From: Candidatus Methylomirabilia bacterium
Lineage (GTDB): Bacteria; Methylomirabilota; Methylomirabilia; Rokubacteriales; CSP1-6
Assembly: GCA_041497895.1 (NCBI GenBank)
Contig: JBGQHJ010000146.1
Span: 1 to 12,136, forward strand
Direction of reading: 5' to 3'
DNA length: 12,136 bases
A model generated the notes under the pieces. That model was not told the origin of the DNA. It did not search any database and worked only from the letters and a program-made list of their open reading frames with translations. Positions 1-7,475 of this stretch are shown here, in pieces (position 1 is the stretch's first letter; every line of letters begins with the position of its first letter). The position numbers and the translations under genes were made by a program.

Positions 1-1215
1 CCACCACAGCTGGCGCGAAATCGTCCAGTCGCGGATGTTCTCCATCCAGTGGAAGTACGTCTTGCTCCATGCGCGCGGGACGATCTTGATCTTGCCGGAG
101 CGGACCGCCTTGATCGCGGGCTCGGCCAGGGGCTTCATGCGCACGTACCACTGCTTGGAGACCAGCGGCTCCACCACCGTCTTGCAGCGGTAGCACACCC
201 CGACCGAGTGCCGGTAGGGCTCGATGCGGTCGATGAGCCCGAGGGCCTGCATGTCCTCCACGATGCGCTTCCGGGTCTCGAAGCGGTCGAGCCCCGCGTA
301 CTTGCCGGCCAGCGCGGTCATCTTGCCGTCGAAGCCGATCACGCTGCGCACCGGCAGGTTGTGGCGGCGTCCGATCTCGAAGTCGGTGGCGTCGTGGCCC
401 GGCGTGACCTTGATGACGCCGGTGCCGAACTTCGGGTCCACCGCGCTGTCCGCGACCACCCGGAGCGTGATGTTCCCCTCCACCGAGGGCACCTCGAGCG
501 TCTTGCCCACGTAGCGCTTGTAGCGCTTGTCCTTCGGGTGGACCGCTACCGCGGTGTCCCCGAGCTTGGTCTCGGGCCGCACGGTGCCGAGGGTCAGCGG
601 GCCGTACTTGATGTAGACGAACTCGGCGTCCTGGTCCTCACGCTCCACCTCGATGTCCGAGAGCACGGTCTGGCAGCGCGGGCACCAGTTCACGATGTAG
701 TCGCCCTGGTAGATCAGCCCGTCTTCCCAGAGGCGCACGAAGACCTCGCGTACCGCCGCCGAGAGGCCCGCGTCCATCGTGAAGCGCTCGCGGGCCCAGT
801 CGCAGGAGGCGCCGAGCCGCTTGAGCTGGCGGATGATGGTGCCGCCCGACTCTTCCTTCCACTGCCAGACGCGGGCGACGAAGGCCTCCCGCCCCAGGTC
901 TTCCTTGGTCTTACCCTCTTTCTCGAGCTGGCGCTCCACCACGTACTGGGTGGCGATGCCCGCGTGGTCGGTGCCGGGCATCCAGAGCGCGTTGTAGCCG
1001 TCCATCCGCTTGTAGCGGATCAGGATGTCCTGGAGCGTGTTGTTCAGCGCGTGTCCGAGGTGCAGCGACCCGGTGACGTTGGGCGGCGGGATCACGATGC
1101 AGTACGGCTTCTTCGGCGAGTCCGCGTCGGCGTGGAAGTAGCCGCGCTCCTCCCAGACGGCGTACCAGTGCGGCTCGACGCGCGTCGGATCGTAGCGGTC
1201 GGCGATTTCGCTCAT
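1..1215 (-). CDS. valS: Valine--tRNA ligase, N-terminal 405 codons (continues beyond the left edge)
   Basis: Manual translation from ATG at 1215 gives MSEIADRYDPTRVEPHWY...PYCIVIPPPNVTGSLHLGHALNNTLQD (HIGH motif)...WMPGTDHAGIATQ...LGASCDWARERFTMD...NWCPRCQT...TVRPETKLGDTAVAVHP...FGTGVIKVTPGHD...CYRCKTVVEP...ENIRDWTISRQLWW. The frame is open to base 1. Not in the ORF track because no stop lies in the window. Confidence 0.98.
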   Translation of the reverse strand, partial: MSEIADRYDPTRVEPHWYAVWEERGYFHADADSPKKPYCIVIPPPNVTGSLHLGHALNNTLQDILIRYKRMDGYNALWMPGTDHAGIATQYVVERQLEKEGKTKEDLGREAFVARVWQWKEESGGTIIRQLKRLGASCDWARERFTMDAGLSAAVREVFVRLWEDGLIYQGDYIVNWCPRCQTVLSDIEVEREDQDAEFVYIKYGPLTLGTVRPETKLGDTAVAVHPKDKRYKRYVGKTLEVPSVEGNITLRVVADSAVDPKFGTGVIKVTPGHDATDFEIGRRHNLPVRSVIGFDGKMTALAGKYAGLDRFETRKRIVEDMQALGLIDRIEPYRHSVGVCYRCKTVVEPLVSKQWYVRMKPLAEPAIKAVRSGKIKIVPRAWSKTYFHWMENIRDWTISRQLWW

Positions 1216-1224
1216 GTTAACGCG

Positions 1225-2295
1225 TCATTGTAGCACGGGCCTCGCCCCGGCTACCTGCCAGCCCGCGGTCGCCCGCGTCCACGAGAGCAGCCACGGCACC
1301 CGCCGGCCGTCGCGCACCTCGGTGGCCGCCATCGTCACGCCCGCCCGCGGTCCCGCCGGCGGCTGCTCGCAGACCGGCTCGGCGACCAGGGCGCGGGGCA
1401 GCCGCGCGCGCAGCGCGGAAGCCGGCACCAGTCGCGCCAGCGCGCTCGCGTCGTCGCCCGCCAGCGCGTGGAAGAGGCGGTCGGCCGCCGCGCCCAGCTC
1501 GCGATGCCACGCGTTCGCGACCTGCCGCCGCGCGAGCGCGAGGCCGCCCGCGGGCGCCAGGCGGTAGTGGTCCTCGTACTCGGTCTGCCCCGCGCAGCCG
1601 GGCTTCCAGCCCGGATAGCGCGGCTGGTAGCGGAAGACGAGCTCGCCCGGCTGGGTGCGCCAGTCGGACACCCAGAGCCCGTCGGGCCACTGGTCCGCGG
1701 TGGTCCACGCGGGCTGCACCCGATCGCGATCGCGGCCCTCCCAGAGCTCGGCGCGCAGCGACCGCACGCCCTCGGCCGCGGGCGGCCCGCTCCAGAGCGC
1801 CATCACCCGGACGACGCGGTCGGCGCCCGCCGGCCACACCTGGGCGTCGAGCAGACCATCGTGGGTGGACGCGCCGGCGAGCGCGGCGCCCGCCCCGGTC
1901 CCGGTGTAGAAGCGGAGCGAGCCCGAGCCCTCCACGCCGGTGAGGCTGTAGAGGCCGATGGTGATCGGCCCGCGGCGACCCGCGGCGGGAACGCGGAGCG
2001 CGCGGAGCGTCGCGCCGCCCCACGCCTCCATCATCGCGTCCATCCGATCCCGGATGAACACGAGCGAGGAGAACGGCTCCTCGCCGCGCAGACTGTCGAG
2101 GACCTCGGCGTCCACCAGCTCGTAGAGCTGGCCGACCGCCCGCTCGCGCTCCGCGGCGTCGGTGGCCGAGGCCAGCTCCTCGCGCGCGACCGCGCGGAAG
2201 CGCTCGAGCCGGTCCTGCGCGCCCGCGGGCGCGGCCACCGTCACGCCGACGAGCAGCGCCATCGCGAGCCGCCGGGCGAACCATGACGGGCGCAT
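1225..2295 (-). CDS. Hypothetical exported (periplasmic) protein, 356 aa, with Sec signal peptide
   Basis: 3' part of track ORF 1225..4410, with the start most plausibly ATG at 2295. MRPSWFARRLAMALLVGVTVAAPAGA|QDRLERF has a basic n-region, a hydrophobic h-region and an A-G-A cleavage site. The rest has normal globular composition, fills the gap between lptFG and valS, and contains two Cys (WKPGCAGQ, EPVCEQ). No family recognised. Confidence 0.8.
   Translation of the reverse strand: MRPSWFARRLAMALLVGVTVAAPAGAQDRLERFRAVAREELASATDAAERERAVGQLYELVDAEVLDSLRGEEPFSSLVFIRDRMDAMMEAWGGATLRALRVPAAGRRGPITIGLYSLTGVEGSGSLRFYTGTGAGAALAGASTHDGLLDAQVWPAGADRVVRVMALWSGPPAAEGVRSLRAELWEGRDRDRVQPAWTTADQWPDGLWVSDWRTQPGELVFRYQPRYPGWKPGCAGQTEYEDHYRLAPAGGLALARRQVANAWHRELGAAADRLFHALAGDDASALARLVPASALRARLPRALVAEPVCEQPPAGPRAGVTMAATEVRDGRRVPWLLSWTRATAGWQVAGARPVLQ
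1227..1235 (-). promoter_or_regulatory. Extended -10 promoter element (TGcTACAAT) for valS, inside the last codons of the upstream gene
   Basis: Minus strand reads GTG-C-TACAAT-GACGCGTTAAC-ATG(valS). TACAAT is at 1232-1227 with TG at 1235-1234. The overlapping codons CTA CAA are atypical for this GC-rich DNA. No clear -35 box and no SD before the valS ATG. Confidence 0.55.
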
Positions 2296-2319
2296 GCCGC
2301 TAGCGTACAATGGTGGCGC
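2296..2319. promoter_or_regulatory. Divergent (bidirectional) promoter with overlapping -10 hexamers; both genes probably leaderless
   Basis: Plus strand: TACAAT at 2306-2311, then 8 nt, then ATG 2320. Minus strand: TACGCT at 2307-2302, then 6 nt, then ATG 2295. Neither start has an SD sequence. It is the only AT-richer patch in the spacer. Confidence 0.6.
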
Positions 2320-4641
2320 ATGAGCCGCATCCTGGATCGCTACATCGTCAAGGAGCTGGGCCCCCCGTTCGCGATCGGGGTGGGCGTCTTCACGTTCTTC
2401 CTCGTCATCGACCGGATCTACCAGCTCACCGACCTGGTCATCACCAAGAGCGTGCCGTTCGCCCTCGTGATGCCGCTGCTGCTCTACATGCTCCCCTCCT
2501 TCCTGGCCCTGACCCTGCCGATGGCGACGCTGGTGGCGGTGCTGCTGGTGTGCGGGCGGCTCGCCGGCGACCTGGAGGTGGCCGCGCTCAAGGCCTCGGG
2601 GGTGAGCCCGCTCCGCCTCTTCCGTCCCTTCCTGGTGGTGGGTGTGCTCGTCACCCTGCTCATCGCCTGGCTCACCCTCGCGGTCGGCCCGTGGTCGAGC
2701 GGGGCCTTCCAGCGCCAGCTCTTCCGGATCCTCCAGTCGCGCGCCTCCACCGGCATCAAGGAGCGCACGTTCAGCGCGACGTTCAACCAGTTCGTGATCT
2801 ACGTGGACGAGGTGAGCCCGTCGCAGGTGCGGCTGCGGGGTCTCCTGGTCTCCGACGAGCGCAACCCGGAGCAGTCCCGCATCATCGTGGCCCGCGAGGG
2901 CCGGCTCCTGAGCGACGAGACCGCCCGCCGCATCACCCTCCGCTTCCTCGACGGCTCGATCAGCGAGAGCGACGTGGGCGACCGGCGGCGCTTCCGCCAG
3001 ACCTACTTCAGCCTCTACGACATGAGCCTGCCGGTGGACTCGCCGATCGCGGCCGTCTCCAAGGAGGACAAGCCCGAGAAGCAGCTGCCGCTCCGCCAGC
3101 TCATCCACGAGGCCGATCGCCTCCGGCGCGAGGGGCAGATCGCCACCCCCTACTACGTCGAGCTCCACAAGCGGTTCGCGCTGCCGGTGGCCGCGCTCGT
3201 GTTCACGCTGGTGGGCTTCCCGCTCGGCATCCGCTCCCACCGGGGGGGCCGCGCGGTCGCGCTCGGCCTCTCCTTCGCCATCGTCGTGTCGTACTACATC
3301 CTCTACACGTCGATGGAGGGCTTCGCCCTGCGGGGGCGCCTGCCCGCGGGCATCGCGGTGTGGATCCCCAACGTGCTCCTGGCGCTGGTGGGCCTGGCCA
3401 TGCTGCGCGCGGCGGTGGTGGGCGTGTCCCCCGCCTGGCTCGATCTGTTCTGGCGGCTGTGGGCCAAGGTCGGGGAGCGGCAGTGGGCGCGCGCGGTCAA
3501 GCCGCTCGACGAGCGCCGCCCGCGCCGGCTGGGGCGCCTGACCGGCCCGCGCGAGTCCACGTTCATCATGGACCGCTACCTGATCCGTCAGTACCTCATG
3601 TACCTCGGCATCGGCGCCCTGATCGGGGCGGTGCTGATCGGGGTGGTGGACCTGCTCCAGACGCTCGACCGCTTCCTGCGGGTGAAGCCCCCCTTCACCG
3701 TCATCCTCGAGCACTTCGCCTACCGCCTGCCCGGTGAGCTCTACAAGGGTTTGCCGATGATCGTGCTGATCGCCACCGTGTTCCTGTTCCTCTCGCTCAC
3801 CCGCCAGCGCGAGCTCGACGCCTTGAAGGCGGCCGGCATCAGCCTCTACCGGGCGAGCCTGCCCATCCTGCTGGTGGCCGGCGCGATCAGCGTGCTGGCG
3901 GTCGCCTTCCAGGAGACCCTGCTCCCCGATATCAACGCCAAGTCCGAGGAGGTCGACCGGGTCAAGATCCGCGGACAGCTTCCCCGGCACCTGCAGCGGC
4001 AGACCCAGATCTGGTACCGCTCCTCGGACACCCGCTTCTTCCGCATGGCGCTGCTCGATCCGGTCGGCAAGTCGATGGAGGGGCTCACCGTGCTCGACAT
4101 CAGCCGCGACTTCCGCCTGCTGGAGCGGCTCGACGCGCGCGCCGCGCAGTGGTCCCCGGAGGGCTGGCAGGTCAGCGACGGCGTCGTCCGGCGGGTCGGC
4201 CCCCAGAACCGCGTCACCTCGGAGATGTTCGACTCGCGCGTGCTCGCCATGCCCGAGCACATCGACGACTTCATCCAGCTGCAGAACGCGCCCGACACCA
4301 TGAGCTTCCTCGAGCTGCGCGCCTACGTGGCCCGGCTGCGCGACGGCGGCCACCGGGTCACCCGCTACCTCGTGCAGCTCTACTCCAAGCTCTCGTTCCC
4401 CCTGGTGCACGTGATCATGGCGCTCGTGGCCATCCCCTTCGCGCTGGTCTCACCCCGGAGCGGGGGCCGGGCCATGGGGATCGGGGTGGCGATCGTGATC
4501 GCGGTGGGCTACTGGGTGGTGCACTCCGTGGCCCTGGCGTTCGCCCAGGCCGACCTGCTGCCGGCCGCGCTGGCGGCCTGGACCGCCAACATCGTCTTCG
4601 CCGGCATCGGCACCGCCCTCTTCCTCAGCGCCCGAACCTAA
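2320..4641 (+). CDS. lptF/lptG: Fused LPS export ABC transporter permease LptF-LptG (two YjgP/YjgQ-family units), 773 aa
   Basis: Two tandem repeats of the family pattern: MSRILDRYIVKEL...GRLAGDLEVAALKASGVSPLRL...ELHKRFALP, then TFIMDRYLIRQYL...LTRQRELDALKAAGISLYR...LYSKLSFPL...LAAWTANIVF. Each unit has 3 TM, a periplasmic beta-rich domain, then 3 TM. No stop between the halves. Confidence 0.93.
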   Translation: MSRILDRYIVKELGPPFAIGVGVFTFFLVIDRIYQLTDLVITKSVPFALVMPLLLYMLPSFLALTLPMATLVAVLLVCGRLAGDLEVAALKASGVSPLRLFRPFLVVGVLVTLLIAWLTLAVGPWSSGAFQRQLFRILQSRASTGIKERTFSATFNQFVIYVDEVSPSQVRLRGLLVSDERNPEQSRIIVAREGRLLSDETARRITLRFLDGSISESDVGDRRRFRQTYFSLYDMSLPVDSPIAAVSKEDKPEKQLPLRQLIHEADRLRREGQIATPYYVELHKRFALPVAALVFTLVGFPLGIRSHRGGRAVALGLSFAIVVSYYILYTSMEGFALRGRLPAGIAVWIPNVLLALVGLAMLRAAVVGVSPAWLDLFWRLWAKVGERQWARAVKPLDERRPRRLGRLTGPRESTFIMDRYLIRQYLMYLGIGALIGAVLIGVVDLLQTLDRFLRVKPPFTVILEHFAYRLPGELYKGLPMIVLIATVFLFLSLTRQRELDALKAAGISLYRASLPILLVAGAISVLAVAFQETLLPDINAKSEEVDRVKIRGQLPRHLQRQTQIWYRSSDTRFFRMALLDPVGKSMEGLTVLDISRDFRLLERLDARAAQWSPEGWQVSDGVVRRVGPQNRVTSEMFDSRVLAMPEHIDDFIQLQNAPDTMSFLELRAYVARLRDGGHRVTRYLVQLYSKLSFPLVHVIMALVAIPFALVSPRSGGRAMGIGVAIVIAVGYWVVHSVALAFAQADLLPAALAAWTANIVFAGIGTALFLSART

Positions 4642-4647
4642 GAGGGG

Positions 4648-7413
4648 TCAGCGGCCCTCGCGCAGGCGGCGGAGCGCCTCCTCGATGCGCTTCTGCTCCT
4701 GGCCGTACGTCGTCCAGTCGCCCTTGCGGAGCGCCTCCTGGCCGCGCTGCCAGGCCTCCCACGCCTGCTGCACCGCCGCGGAGATCGCGCCGCTCGCCGC
4801 GGGCGGGGGCGGCGCCTGGCCGCGCTCGCCCGGGCGCGCGACCACCTCTTCGCCCCTCACCCGCCCGCCGAAGATCCGGGCGAGCGACGCCTCGAGGGTG
4901 GGCTCCATCGCGATCTGGTTGCCGTAGGCGACCACGACCCGCCGCAGCTCGGGCAGCGCGCCCTGCTCGGTCGCGGCCAGGTAGAGCGGCTGCACGTATA
5001 TCAGCGACTGGTCGATGGGGATCGCGAGAAGGTTGCCGCTGATCACGCGCGAGCCCTGCTGGTTCCAGAGCGAGATCTGCTGGGAGATCACCGGGTCCTG
5101 GCTGATGCGCGCCTGGATGTTGCGCGGGCCGAACACCAGCTTCTGCTTGGGGAAGTTGTAGGCGATGATGCCGCCGTAGAAGGGCGGGTCCATGCGGGCC
5201 ACCATCAGGGCGATCATGTTGTCGCGCCCGCTCGGGTTGAATCCCGCGAGCAGCACGAACTCCTCCTTGGGCTCGGACGGCAGCCGCATCACCGTGAAGT
5301 AGGGCTCCATCTCGCGCTCGCGCCCGTCCTGCTGCAGGCGGGGGAGCACCCAGAGGTCCTCCTTGTTGTAGAAGACCTGCGGATCCTGCATGTGGTAGGT
5401 GGCGTACATCCGCGCCTGCACCGTGAACAGGTCCTCCGGGTAGCGGATGTGCGCCTGGAGATCCTTCGGCATCTCGGCCAGCGGCTTGAGGAGGCCGGGA
5501 AACGCCTTGGCATAGGTGCGGACCAGGGGATCGTCGGGGTCGGAGATGTAGTAGTTGACCGTCCCGTGGTACGCATCCACGGTGGCCTTCACCGAGTTCC
5601 GGATGTAGTTGAACCCGCGCACCGGGGTGGCGTACGGATAGCGATCGCTCGTGGTGTAGCCGTCGATCATCCACACCAGGCGGCCGTCGGCCCCGATCAC
5701 CAGGTAGGGGTCGCGATCGAACCTCAGGAACGGGGTCGCCTCCCGGACGCGGATCCCGATGTCCCGGTACATCATCAGCCGGCTCTCCGGCCCGAGGTCG
5801 GAGTTCAGGAGGATGGTGAGCGACCCGAAGCGGGCCGCGAAGGCCGCCTTCCGGACGATCGAGGCGACCGAGATGCCCCCGCGGCCCTCGTACTTCGCGT
5901 AGACGTTCTGGTCCCCGGAAGGATAGTCGAGCTCCTGGGCGCGGGTCCGCACGAAGACGTACTGGGCGCCGGGCTCGGTGCTCCCCATCTCGCCGTAGTA
6001 GATCTCCGGCCGCGTGATCCGGGGCAGGCCCGCCCCCGCGGGCGGGATGTCCTTGATGAAGAACTCGGGGAGCCCCTCGATGCTGATCCGGTTGACCGGC
6101 CCCGCCACCAGGCCGTAGCCGTGGGTGTAGTTCAGGTGCTGGTTGATCCACTCCTTGCTCGGCAGGTCGCGATAGGACAGCTCGCGGGCCGAGAGCGTGA
6201 TCTGGCGGTACTCCCCGTTCACGGTGTAGCGCCCGACGTCGACGTCCAGGAACTTGTAGTAGGTCCGGATCTCCTGGAGCTTGCCGTAGGTGGTGAGGAG
6301 CGGCCGGTGGTCCCACAGCCGGATGTTCTTGATCGTGAGGTTGTTGCGCTCGAGCGCGGCGGGCGTCAGGTTGTCCTCGGCCGCGAAGCTCTTCTCGACC
6401 ACCCGGTCGAGCGCGTAGGCCTGGCGCGTCATCCGGACGTTGTGCTGGATGTACGGCCGCTCGAAGTCCAGCTCGTTGGGCTTGACCCGGTAGGTCTGGA
6501 GCACCGCGGGCGCCACCCCGAGGCCGGCGATCCACAGCACCACCAGCACCACGAGCCCGGCGACCAGGAAGCGCCAGCCGGGCCGGAACATCTGGAACAC
6601 GCACGCGCCCGCGCACAGCGCGGCCAGCACCACCAGCCACTGCAGCACCGGGAGCGAGGCGTGCACGTCGGTGTAGGAGGCGCCGAACACGAGCCCGCGG
6701 GGCGAGTAGAGCAGGTCGAAGCGGTCCAGCCAGAAGCCGACCCCGCGAATGAGCAGCAGCACCGCGGCCAGGCCCAGCAGGTGGGTGCGCGCCCCCGCGG
6801 CGAGGCGCGGGCCCCGGGCGGTGAGCACCAGGCTCCGCTGGAGCACGTAGACCGCCGCGACCAGGACGAGCGTGCCCGCCACCAGCGCGGTGCCCCAAGC
6901 GTGGAGCAGCCGCCAGAACGGCAGCACGAAGAAGTAGAAGCCGAGGTCGCGCCCGAAGAGCGGGTCGGCGTGGCCGAACGGGGTGGCGTTCAGGTACTCG
7001 ATCACGGTCGGCCACGAGCCGGTGGCCCGCGCCCCCGCGAAGAACGCGATCACCGCGATGACCGGCAGCAGCAGGCGGCGGACGAGGGGCTCGAGGATGG
7101 CACGGCCGGGCAGCCCGAGCTGGTCCTCGAGCTCCCAGAGCACGTCGGGCGGCGCGGTCCGGGCCGCCACCGAGAGATTGACGAAGAGGAAGACGAAGAC
7201 CGCGGCACCCAGGCCCAGGAAGAGCCAGCCGCTGACGGTGAGCCGGGTGGTGAAGACGTTGGTGAAGCCGACCTCCTGGAACCACAGCCAGTCCGTGTAC
7301 AGCGGCACGGCCTGGCCCACCAGGCTCAGGAGGATGAAGCCCAGGAGGACCCAGAGGCCCAGCCGGGAGCGTCGCAGGGGCACGACTCGACCACCGGGGG
7401 GGATCTGGGCCAA
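4648..7413 (-). CDS. UPF0182 family (COG1615-type) membrane protein, 921 aa
   Basis: Recognised family motifs YTDWLWFQEVGF, DPLFGRDLGFYFFVLPF, GASYTDVHA, PNEL..E.PYI..N...TR.AY.L, NIRLWD, YTHGYG, PEIYYGE, NYIRNSVKATVDAYHG, HIRYPEDLF, GNLLAIPI...YVQPLYL, PELRRV. Multi-TM N-terminus plus a large soluble domain. TTG start with GGAG 4 nt upstream; exact start uncertain. Confidence 0.93.
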   Translation of the reverse strand: MAQIPPGGRVVPLRRSRLGLWVLLGFILLSLVGQAVPLYTDWLWFQEVGFTNVFTTRLTVSGWLFLGLGAAVFVFLFVNLSVAARTAPPDVLWELEDQLGLPGRAILEPLVRRLLLPVIAVIAFFAGARATGSWPTVIEYLNATPFGHADPLFGRDLGFYFFVLPFWRLLHAWGTALVAGTLVLVAAVYVLQRSLVLTARGPRLAAGARTHLLGLAAVLLLIRGVGFWLDRFDLLYSPRGLVFGASYTDVHASLPVLQWLVVLAALCAGACVFQMFRPGWRFLVAGLVVLVVLWIAGLGVAPAVLQTYRVKPNELDFERPYIQHNVRMTRQAYALDRVVEKSFAAEDNLTPAALERNNLTIKNIRLWDHRPLLTTYGKLQEIRTYYKFLDVDVGRYTVNGEYRQITLSARELSYRDLPSKEWINQHLNYTHGYGLVAGPVNRISIEGLPEFFIKDIPPAGAGLPRITRPEIYYGEMGSTEPGAQYVFVRTRAQELDYPSGDQNVYAKYEGRGGISVASIVRKAAFAARFGSLTILLNSDLGPESRLMMYRDIGIRVREATPFLRFDRDPYLVIGADGRLVWMIDGYTTSDRYPYATPVRGFNYIRNSVKATVDAYHGTVNYYISDPDDPLVRTYAKAFPGLLKPLAEMPKDLQAHIRYPEDLFTVQARMYATYHMQDPQVFYNKEDLWVLPRLQQDGREREMEPYFTVMRLPSEPKEEFVLLAGFNPSGRDNMIALMVARMDPPFYGGIIAYNFPKQKLVFGPRNIQARISQDPVISQQISLWNQQGSRVISGNLLAIPIDQSLIYVQPLYLAATEQGALPELRRVVVAYGNQIAMEPTLEASLARIFGGRVRGEEVVARPGERGQAPPPPAASGAISAAVQQAWEAWQRGQEALRKGDWTTYGQEQKRIEEALRRLREGR

Positions 7414-7475
7414 GGCGCTCCGTTCTAGGTCCGGCGCATCTCGCCGGACGGGGCCGGCGAGCGCTCGGTGACGAT

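Noticed and set aside
49..1233. 394-aa plus-strand ORF
   Set aside because: Antisense shadow of valS in the same codon register; long stop-free antisense frames are expected at this GC content.
2269..2295. Twin-arginine (FARRLA) in the signal peptide as a Tat signal
   Set aside because: Lacks the S/T-R-R-x-F-L-K consensus; Arg pairs are common in Sec n-regions of GC-rich genomes.
2296..4410. N-terminal 705 aa of the 1061-aa track ORF 1225..4410
   Set aside because: Antisense to lptFG. The real protein most plausibly starts at ATG 2295, where a signal peptide begins.
4625..7428. ORFs 4625..7285 (-), 5392..7428 (+) and 4149..5042 (+)
   Set aside because: Arg/Gly/Pro/Ala-rich off-frame or antisense shadows of the UPF0182 and lptFG genes, with no recognisable motifs.
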